The position numbers were made by a program, and so were the translations under genes. Source: a virus. Taken from it: a stretch of 64,000 nt of DNA. The notes below the pieces were generated by a model. It had not been told where the DNA came from. It saw only the letters and a program-made list of their open reading frames with translations, and ran no database searches. Numbering within the stretch: the stretch's first letter is position 1; each line of letters starts with the position of its first letter. The DNA is taken from IMG/VR virus record IMGVR_UViG_3300025949_000019, positions 33,539 to 97,538 of that record. One strand, 5' to 3'. Positions 1-7,822 of this stretch are shown one piece after another.

Positions 1-1
1 A

Positions 2-994
2 GACAGGGTCAATAAGTCATACAAGACAACAAAGCCTGAAGTTGCAATCAAGGACATATTCAAGAACAATTTCTTTTATGATGATGAAGATTCGTTCTTG
101 CAATCGTTCGCAACATGGCCTATGAAATCATCAAATTATGCGTTTTCATTTCAAATACCAAACTTGAAGCCATTTGAAGCAATTCAGTTTCTATCTTCAA
201 TGGCTAGGAATAAGAACAACATAAATGACTATATCTTCTTTGAAAACAATAGAGGTTATGTATTCGATAGTCTCTCAGAGATGTTTGTTGCAGACCCAAT
301 TCTAACCATCGAATATAGGGTAAAGAACATCGTGACAGATACGGTTGATTCTACTGACCCATATGTTAACTCTCTGTCACCATTGGGTATTCAAAATGAT
401 GTTCTGTTTGATTACTTAAAGAGTCTAGACCATGGAGAATTGGGTGTGCAAGCAGACTCTTTCCAGTTGCATAATCAAACATTCATGTCAAATTCTATTT
501 CATATGATACTTTCTTTAGCAAGTACAAGAAAGATTTTAAGCTAAACAAATTCAGCAAGATACCAGACAATGATTGGCGTGAATTGATCACAAGTCAAGA
601 TGCAAGCCGTATTCCATACTATAGGGTATTTTCTGTTATTCCGAAGAAGAATGCAGGTCTATTTACTGATTTCTCTGAGGAAGCAATCGCAACTAGGGTT
701 ATGCAATTCTCGTCAATAACAAATCAGAAGATCAGGCTTCATATGCCAGGAACTCCACTAATGAAGGCTGGTGCAACGATTCAACTTCAATATCCTGCAA
801 TCGAATCTAAATCTACTTCAGACAATGCAGAGGAATTGTTAGATGATTACCTAGCAGCAAAATACTTGATCCTATCTGTGCGTCATGTAATAACACAGAA
901 GGAATGGCATTCCTATGCAGAAATTTCCAAGGACACACTTCCTAAGAAACTACCTATGGAATTCGCCTCAAACTTTACACTAGAAGGTCTATAA
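2..994 (+). CDS. Baseplate hub/tail protein (gp27-like), 5' truncated by window edge
   Basis: The frame is open from nt 2 (DRVNKSYK...), upstream of the TTG called at 98. C-terminal YLILSVRHVI..EISKD resembles T4-like hub proteins, and the gene lies directly before gp5. Confidence 0.6.
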   Translation, partial: DRVNKSYKTTKPEVAIKDIFKNNFFYDDEDSFLQSFATWPMKSSNYAFSFQIPNLKPFEAIQFLSSMARNKNNINDYIFFENNRGYVFDSLSEMFVADPILTIEYRVKNIVTDTVDSTDPYVNSLSPLGIQNDVLFDYLKSLDHGELGVQADSFQLHNQTFMSNSISYDTFFSKYKKDFKLNKFSKIPDNDWRELITSQDASRIPYYRVFSVIPKKNAGLFTDFSEEAIATRVMQFSSITNQKIRLHMPGTPLMKAGATIQLQYPAIESKSTSDNAEELLDDYLAAKYLILSVRHVITQKEWHSYAEISKDTLPKKLPMEFASNFTLEGL

Positions 995-995
995 G

Positions 996-2738
996 ATGGA
1001 AAATTTCTTCTTTGGAAAAGCTGGATTGATTCCTTGGATTGGGATCGTAGAAAGACGAAATAGCGATGATCTAAGGATTGGTCGCTGTAAGGTCAGGGCT
1101 TTCTTTCACCACAGCGGTGACACATCAGAAATGTCAACGGATTCGCTTCCCGATGCATATCCACTAGAACCATTGACAGGAACATTCTGGGCAACAGCGA
1201 AGGAAGGTGATACTGTTTTTGGTTATTTCTTGGACGAAAAGAAACAATCAATGCTAATTGTTGGAAAATTGCCTGTTGCTCTCCAAAATGAAGTCAATCA
1301 TCCAGAAGGTTCTGGTTTCAAGGATGCAAGAACAAGTGCAGAGCTAGCCTCGTTTCCAAGACAGATTTTCAAGACATACAGATATTCACCTAATGGTGTC
1401 GATGCACAGGAACTAGACAAGGCTGCAAAATATCCTCCATATGGCTCAGACAAAGCCTCAATACCATTTTTGTCAAGAGCAGACGAGGCTGCAATTCCAT
1501 CCCAGATTTCTCCAGATTCTAGAAAAGCCCAAGCCTCCGGAACTAGATACAACACAGCCGATGGTAAGACATGGTTTGAATTGCCAACTGTCTGGTCTGC
1601 GAAGTATCCTTTCAATCATGCATACGAATCAGAATCACTTCATGTCATGGAGTTCGATGATTCGCCTGGCTCCGAGAGAGTTTCCCTGCACCACAGAATA
1701 GGCTCTGGTTTTGAGTTTTTCCCTGATGGTTCTGTTGTCTATAAAAATATGAAGGACGGTTATGAGGTGACATTGGGGAACAAGAAAATCGGTATCTCTG
1801 GTGATTGTGATGTTCACATCAAAGGTAACAGGACATTGCTGATAGATGGTAACCTGACACAACACGTTTCTGGTGACTATTTTCTATCGGTTGACGGTCA
1901 GATGAAGACACTTATTAGAGGAAATGAGACAAGAAACATAGGTGCAGACAGCAAGACTTCTATTCAGGGAGATTTTGTCAACAAGGTGGCTGGTCAGCTA
2001 TGGTTGCAGGGAAGCAAGATACAGGAAAATTCTTCATCTACACCAGACGTAGATGAAATCCATGACTTTGATCTACCGTCGTTACCAGCAAACACAATTG
2101 AAAACACATCGAAATTGATTTCTATTACAGGCACAGAAGTTGCAGCACACGATGATACATTCAAGGTTGCAGGAGGCGGTTCAGGTGAAGTTGTGACCAC
2201 AAACAAGCTAACACCAGCGCCAACGACATGTCCTGTCGTGAAGGATTCAACGACTGCATTTACTGATGGCGATTCACGTTACAGAATGCAGCTTTCGAAA
2301 TATTACCAATTGGCTGATTTGACAATTCGCCCACCATATCCTCATGCAATTGCAGATCAAAATGGCTTGAGTCAGGCTGATATAATTTGCAACCTAGCAG
2401 CACTTTCATTGCAGATCATAGATCCAATCTCCGCTCAATTTCCCGGTTCTCAGATCAATTCAGGATTCAGGGCTTTAACTGATGGTAAGTCACAACACGA
2501 ATCGGGTGAGGCTGTTGATTTGCAATGGCCATCAATAACTGCTGGTTCATTGTCTAAATACCTAGAGATTGCAAACTGGATAAAAGACAATCTACCATTT
2601 GATCAATTGATTCTAGAGCATGGAACAACATGCTGGATTCACGTCTCAATGTCTAGAACAAAGACAAATAGAAAAGTAACCTTGACTCAGATAAATGGAA
2701 CATACTATCCAGGTCTTTCAATGTTTGGGAGGATATAA
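996..2738 (+). CDS. gp5: Baseplate central spike gp5 with C-terminal M15-type Zn peptidase
   Basis: N-terminal OB-fold motif (WIGIVE..IGRCKVR..H), KYPFNH..ESLHVMEFDDSPGSERV motif and beta-helix repeats (V/IxGD/N). C-terminal SGFR..SQHESGEAVD..WIHVS is a peptidase M15 signature. Confidence 0.9.
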   Translation: MENFFFGKAGLIPWIGIVERRNSDDLRIGRCKVRAFFHHSGDTSEMSTDSLPDAYPLEPLTGTFWATAKEGDTVFGYFLDEKKQSMLIVGKLPVALQNEVNHPEGSGFKDARTSAELASFPRQIFKTYRYSPNGVDAQELDKAAKYPPYGSDKASIPFLSRADEAAIPSQISPDSRKAQASGTRYNTADGKTWFELPTVWSAKYPFNHAYESESLHVMEFDDSPGSERVSLHHRIGSGFEFFPDGSVVYKNMKDGYEVTLGNKKIGISGDCDVHIKGNRTLLIDGNLTQHVSGDYFLSVDGQMKTLIRGNETRNIGADSKTSIQGDFVNKVAGQLWLQGSKIQENSSSTPDVDEIHDFDLPSLPANTIENTSKLISITGTEVAAHDDTFKVAGGGSGEVVTTNKLTPAPTTCPVVKDSTTAFTDGDSRYRMQLSKYYQLADLTIRPPYPHAIADQNGLSQADIICNLAALSLQIIDPISAQFPGSQINSGFRALTDGKSQHESGEAVDLQWPSITAGSLSKYLEIANWIKDNLPFDQLILEHGTTCWIHVSMSRTKTNRKVTLTQINGTYYPGLSMFGRI

Positions 2739-2743
2739 GATAT

Positions 2744-3382
2744 ATGCCAGGAGCAGCACGAACGTACAAAAATTACATGATCAAATTTCCCAATGAAAAA
2801 GTTTATGTGGGCTATACTTCAACCAGTATGGAAGATAGGCGTAAAGCTCACAAGAGGGATATGAAGTTAAATAGACCCGTATCAAATGCTCTCAAGAAGT
2901 ATGGATTTGAAAATGTAAATTGGCAAATCATTGCGGAGTTTGATAATGAGCATGATGCTCTAGAAAATGAAAAGAAGTTAATTGAAGAATACAATTCTAG
3001 AGACATAAATTTTGGATATAATGTGTCTGTTGGAGGTGAAACTTTTCCAACCGGTTTTAATGGATCATATTGGATGGAAGGAAAAACTGAAGCTGAAATT
3101 AAATCGATTAATAAGAAGAAGGGAAAACCAGGCGAAACAAATCCATTTTACGGTAAGAAACATTCAAAAGAGTCTATGGATAAGATGGTAGCTAAAAGAC
3201 GAGCTAGTGGTTCTTATGATATCCCATCTTGCTCCATCCCTATAATTTATGACGGAATAGAATATAAAACTAAGAGTCATATGAGGCGTGCTACCGGTAT
3301 AAGTAGAAATAAACAAAACAAATTAATATCAGAAGGAATTGCTACATTGAAAGCTCAGATCAATGGTAAGGAGGTTAACTAA
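2744..3382 (+). mobile_element. Free-standing GIY-YIG homing endonuclease with NUMOD3 motif
   Basis: xNY..KVYVGYT, catalytic R (EDRRKAH), E (ALENEKKLI), GYN, and NUMOD3 GETNPFYGKKHSKES. AT-richer than neighbours and inserted between gp5 and gp5.4. Confidence 0.88.
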
Positions 3383-3676
3383 TGCCCGGGGCATCTCGTT
3401 TTGGCGATCTTTGCTCTGGGCATTAGTTGCCATGGTTGTTATCCGTCACGTCCAAACATCTCCGCATCAGATGATGTGTTTGTAAATGATATTGGTTCTC
3501 ACAGGGTTTCTGACCAGTGGGACGTTCATTGTTGCAAGCTTTGTCACGGCGGGTCCACGATAGAGGGTTCGCCAGATGTGTTTGTGAATGACCTGCCAAA
3601 GGCACGCATTGGTGATGCAGTTGATTGTGGTTCAATGATTCTAGAAGGTTCCGATGACGTATTGGTGAATGAATGA
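3382..3676 (+). CDS. gp5.4: PAAR spike-tip protein gp5.4, split into two frames by a 10-nt insertion (recoded gene or pseudogene)
   Basis: SD AAGGAGG at 3368-3374; ATG 3382 reads MPGASRFGDLCSGH then TAG at 3424. The +1 frame continues HGCYPSRP..DVFVN..H..C..H..GSPDVFVNDLPKARIGDAVDCGS. Confidence 0.85.
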
Positions 3677-5355
3677 TTCCTAATTTCCTAACAGATACAT
3701 TTTCTTCAGTAGCCGGTGAGTTTGCAAACTCCTCGGGTCCATTTATTGAAGGGCTTGACTTTGATGCAAGCCAGTTTCCATCAGATTTGGTTAATCTACC
3801 ATCTGAATTGAATATTCAGAAGTTAAATCCATTCCAGTCTGACATGGTTAAGACCATCCTAACAGAGAATGGCCGTGCTGAATTGTTCACAAATCCTCAC
3901 ACGCAAGATATTCTTGCAGTCAGGACACGATTAAACAATCTTCTAAATTCGCCTGGTGCGAATGCAACTGGTGTCGATCTATCAATTTCACTAGGACCGT
4001 CCGTGACTGATCTTCTAGAGACAATAGATCACTTCGAATCTCACACCGATAGACTGTCTGGAGTCATTGAGCCAGACACAAAAACAGCAGCATTACCAAC
4101 ACTAGAGCGAGCCTTGGCTGTTGGCAGCAGCATCAATCACATTCACAAGGTTCTAGATATAGACCTAAAGCCAACAAATTCACCAGTCCTGTCATTGTTT
4201 GGATCGCTGTTTGCAGGGAAAACTCATTTTGATAATCTGAAGACAATCCTCGCAAAGCCCGACTCCGATATCCTACCAGAAGATTTGAATGGCATTTCCC
4301 AATCGTTGACTACCTTGGCTGAAAACGATGTTAAAAACTACACCGTTGCTGTCAAGAAACTAAAGAGAATTGGTGTTGCAAACATGGTCTTCGGCATGAA
4401 GGACAAGCCAGTAGAGGCTAATATCATTTCATTGGTCACGACTTCGTTTTCGAAAGGTTTGTTCCAGAATGATACGACAAAAAGGGATGCGGATCAGGTT
4501 GCAACAACACAGAAACGTCTTGAGATTCAGGCTGCATCCAGAGCAAATACTGTCTCGTACAACCAGGAATTCAAGGAAATTCCAGACTTATTCAGGGCTC
4601 ATGGCTTATTTGAGGGAATTCCTATTACGTGGGATATCTATAAGAAAATCACAGACCAATACCCATCAGACCAGCCAGGCTTGTTCAATTCATATCTGTC
4701 AACAGAAAGACTAACATCACCAGATCAACTCAGCATTTATTTCAATGCCCCATTTAAGTTTAAAAAAGGCAAGTTCTTATTGGCTATCTTCCAAGACTAT
4801 GTAAGCCGCCAGGCTAAAAGTAACATCATTGGTCATGCGGACTGGTACTTTGGTGGCGTTCTGAAGTTTGGTTCGATATCTAAGATTCTACTAGACGAAG
4901 GTTGGTTTAATGGCTCAATAACAAATTCCCTAGGCGGTACAGTCGATGACAAGATAGAACCACAGACATATGATAATGGCAATTGGAGGAGGGCGACCAC
5001 AGATGAGGAAGCAAAACTGAAGGATTTCGTCGTGAACTACCCAAATGGTAATGTAAATGGCGTGAATGATGATTTGCTTCGCAGGATGAGATTCTATGTC
5101 TACGGGGCTCCATTTGACCTATATAACTGGATTGGTTCTAGATACTTGATTCCAGCAGACCCAACACTAACACCGCCAGGTCAGATTTACCAAGGTGGTA
5201 TTTGGATTCCACCGCAGCCACCGAAGCCATGGCCACCGGGTGTTATCAATTACGTCCTATTCACTGGCGGACCAAACGGAGCCCATTGGGACCCACAGTA
5301 TGCTGCCTCTTGGACTGGTCACAGAGACCCATCAGACGCAATCCAACCATCATAA
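3673..5355 (+). CDS. Hypothetical protein, probably virion/baseplate associated; Pro/Trp/Gly-rich C-terminus
   Basis: 560-aa ORF coupled (ATGA) to gp5.4 and lying before gp25; no recognisable motif. Confidence 0.6.
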   Translation: MIPNFLTDTFSSVAGEFANSSGPFIEGLDFDASQFPSDLVNLPSELNIQKLNPFQSDMVKTILTENGRAELFTNPHTQDILAVRTRLNNLLNSPGANATGVDLSISLGPSVTDLLETIDHFESHTDRLSGVIEPDTKTAALPTLERALAVGSSINHIHKVLDIDLKPTNSPVLSLFGSLFAGKTHFDNLKTILAKPDSDILPEDLNGISQSLTTLAENDVKNYTVAVKKLKRIGVANMVFGMKDKPVEANIISLVTTSFSKGLFQNDTTKRDADQVATTQKRLEIQAASRANTVSYNQEFKEIPDLFRAHGLFEGIPITWDIYKKITDQYPSDQPGLFNSYLSTERLTSPDQLSIYFNAPFKFKKGKFLLAIFQDYVSRQAKSNIIGHADWYFGGVLKFGSISKILLDEGWFNGSITNSLGGTVDDKIEPQTYDNGNWRRATTDEEAKLKDFVVNYPNGNVNGVNDDLLRRMRFYVYGAPFDLYNWIGSRYLIPADPTLTPPGQIYQGGIWIPPQPPKPWPPGVINYVLFTGGPNGAHWDPQYAASWTGHRDPSDAIQPS

Positions 5356-5358
5356 ATA
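5351..5358 (+). promoter_or_regulatory. T4-type late promoter (CATAAATA)
   Basis: One mismatch to TATAAATA, 14 nt upstream of the gp25 start. Confidence 0.6.
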
Positions 5359-5372
5359 CAAGATAAACCATC

Positions 5373-5762
5373 ATGGCACAACCAACTTATAAAGATATCG
5401 ATCTAAACTTCCTAGTTCATCCGGTCAAGAAAGATATCAACACGTTAACTGATGCAGATGCCATCGTCGCTTCTGTAAGAAATCTGGTCCTAACCAACAG
5501 GTTTGAGACGCCATTCAATCCAGACGAAGGCTCCGACCTCAGAAGAATGCTTTTTGAGAACTGGTCGCCAGCCTTGGATGCTGTCATTGCACAGTTGATT
5601 GGCCAGGTTGTTCAGATTTATGAGCCGAGGGTGACACTTACTGAAATTGATGTAACCTTTGATGAAGATGCAGGTGGCTACTTCATTGACATTAGATTCC
5701 TAATCAACACAATACCAAACAAAGTATTTCAAGGCTCGTTCTTTCTAGATAAAGCAAGGTAA
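5373..5762 (+). CDS. gp25: Baseplate wedge protein gp25
   Basis: YKDIDLNF..HPV..D..AIVASVRNLVLTN..E.PFNP..GS..YEPRV motifs. Confidence 0.92.
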   Translation: MAQPTYKDIDLNFLVHPVKKDINTLTDADAIVASVRNLVLTNRFETPFNPDEGSDLRRMLFENWSPALDAVIAQLIGQVVQIYEPRVTLTEIDVTFDEDAGGYFIDIRFLINTIPNKVFQGSFFLDKAR

Positions 5763-5764
5763 AA

Positions 5765-7822
5765 ATGACAACAAACGTCCTAAGAATAACAGAAATAGAC
5801 TTCGATACCATCCTTGGTAATCTGAGAACATGGTTCCAATCCCAAGATCAGTTCAAGGACTATGACTTTGAAGGCTCTGGTCTTTCAATTTTATTGAAGA
5901 ACCTAGCGTACAATACACACTATAATGCCTTCTATCTAAACATGGCAGTCAATGAGGCGTTTATTGGTGGCGCTATTGTTGCAAGGAACGTTTATTCTCA
6001 TGCAAAGACATTGAATTATCTACCAGGTTCTAGGATAGCAGCAAAAGCTACTGTAGATGTTACAATCACACCACCACCAAACTATTCATCTTCTGCTTTC
6101 ACGATTCCAAAATACCAACAATTCGTTTCTTCTGCAATCGATGGAGTCTCATATTCATTTGTGACAACAGAATCCCTATTTGGTTCTAGGGTTACCTCGT
6201 TTGGCCAAGAGCCATTCCTATTTTCTGGTGTAATTTTGTCTCAGGGCGAACCAATCACAATAACATATACTGTTGACCAAACAACAAATCCGAAGCTTCG
6301 TTTTGAGATTCCATCTGCAAATGTAGACATAAACACACTATCGGTTCAGACGCAAGAATCAGCATCAAATACATTGATAACAACATGGTCTGTTTCTAGT
6401 GACATTACCGCAATCGATTCTTCTACAAATGCATTCTTCCTAGAACGTGGATCAAACGGAAACTATACTCTGTATTTCGGTGATGGTATCGTTGGTAAGA
6501 AGCCAAATACTGGCAATTTGTTGTTGGTCTCATATTTGGTAACAAATGGCCTAGAAGCAAATAAGGCTCAATTCTTCACGATGCTGCCATTAGATAACGT
6601 AGCCTCTGTCTCTGTCTCTACTGTAGCGGCTGCGGCTGGTGGTGATGATGAGGAATCAATCGATTCTATCAAAGCATCTGCGCCTATTTTCTATTCTACG
6701 CAAGGTCGAGCAGTCACGAAGGGAGACTTTGAAGTTACCATTAAGAAAGATTTCCCGGCTGTAGGTTCTGTTTCTGTCTGGGGTGGTGAGGAAAACAACC
6801 CACCTATTTACGGCAAAGTCTTTGTTGCACTTGCACCAAAGGAAGGATTCTTGATTTCTCAAGCCCAGAAGGACAGTATCGTTAAGAAATTAGTAGAGGA
6901 AAGAGTAACCGTCTCTATCAACCCAGAAATCAAGGACCCAGACTATACTTACGTCAGGTTGAAATCAACTGTGCAGTATGACAAACAAAAGACAAATCTA
7001 ACAAAAGGCGTCCTTACGGATGCAATTAGAAATGCAATCATAGATTACAACGAAACCAATCTAAGAACATTCGATTCTAATTTTATCACATCTAAACTGG
7101 CAACCGCAATTGACGATTCGAACCCAGCTATTCTTGGTAATGACACTAGGGTTTTCCTAGAGAAAAGGTTTCTTCCTGTCATTGGTAGAAGTGGTACATA
7201 CACCCTAAACTTCAATACAGAACTAAAGCGTGGAACTGTCATTGATAAACTAGGTTCAACAGTCTTCCAAATGTTAGACCCAAACGGTATTGAACAGAGC
7301 GTTTATTTCGAAGAAAAGCCATTGTCCTTTACTGGTATCGATGATATTGTTGTTACAAATCCGGGATCGCAATATCTTTCACCACCAGATGTTGTAATCA
7401 CAGGTGATGGACAGGGTGCAACCGCGAGCGCAAGCATTGTGAATGGTATGGTCAAATCCATCAAGGTCACAAACAAGGGCGACTCTTACACGACCGCACT
7501 CGTCACATTGAATTCTGACACAGGGCTCGGAGCAACTGCGAAACCAGTCATTGCAGCACGCTATGGGCAGCTAAGAATCTTCTATTACAATGATCTACAG
7601 CAAAAGGTGATTCTAGTTGAAAATGCAGGAACAATCGATTATCTTCTAGGCCAGATTGTGATCACTTCATTCAATCCATCTAATTTCAGTCGTTATATTG
7701 CACTGTGGTTACAGACAGAGGAACCCATCATTCAATCAGTTAGAGGAAGCATTTTGATCATAGACACCTCTGATATTTCATCAATCAACATTAACTTGCA
7801 AGAATCGTCAGCATCTTCATGA
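5765..7822 (+). CDS. gp6: Baseplate wedge protein gp6
   Basis: DFDTI..FKDYDFEGSGLSILL..LAYNTHY, YFGDG..GKKP, QGRAVT..DF and WGGEEN.PP.YGKVF motifs. Confidence 0.93.
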   Translation: MTTNVLRITEIDFDTILGNLRTWFQSQDQFKDYDFEGSGLSILLKNLAYNTHYNAFYLNMAVNEAFIGGAIVARNVYSHAKTLNYLPGSRIAAKATVDVTITPPPNYSSSAFTIPKYQQFVSSAIDGVSYSFVTTESLFGSRVTSFGQEPFLFSGVILSQGEPITITYTVDQTTNPKLRFEIPSANVDINTLSVQTQESASNTLITTWSVSSDITAIDSSTNAFFLERGSNGNYTLYFGDGIVGKKPNTGNLLLVSYLVTNGLEANKAQFFTMLPLDNVASVSVSTVAAAAGGDDEESIDSIKASAPIFYSTQGRAVTKGDFEVTIKKDFPAVGSVSVWGGEENNPPIYGKVFVALAPKEGFLISQAQKDSIVKKLVEERVTVSINPEIKDPDYTYVRLKSTVQYDKQKTNLTKGVLTDAIRNAIIDYNETNLRTFDSNFITSKLATAIDDSNPAILGNDTRVFLEKRFLPVIGRSGTYTLNFNTELKRGTVIDKLGSTVFQMLDPNGIEQSVYFEEKPLSFTGIDDIVVTNPGSQYLSPPDVVITGDGQGATASASIVNGMVKSIKVTNKGDSYTTALVTLNSDTGLGATAKPVIAARYGQLRIFYYNDLQQKVILVENAGTIDYLLGQIVITSFNPSNFSRYIALWLQTEEPIIQSVRGSILIIDTSDISSININLQESSASS

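Noticed and set aside
3424-3426. Genome-wide TAG reassignment
   Set aside because: Other genes are intact in the standard code, TAG ends several genes (gp8, gp16, gp20), and readthrough would not restore the PAAR frame.
2744-3433. Group I intron splicing MPGAAR onto the PAAR body
   Set aside because: The nuclease ORF fills the interval, leaving no room for a ribozyme core, and a complete second PAAR start with SD exists.
3401-3676. ORF-track start (TTG 3401, MAIFALGISC) for the PAAR gene
   Set aside because: It has no suitably placed SD and lacks the conserved N-terminal R.GD.C.GH, which is encoded in the other frame from ATG 3382.
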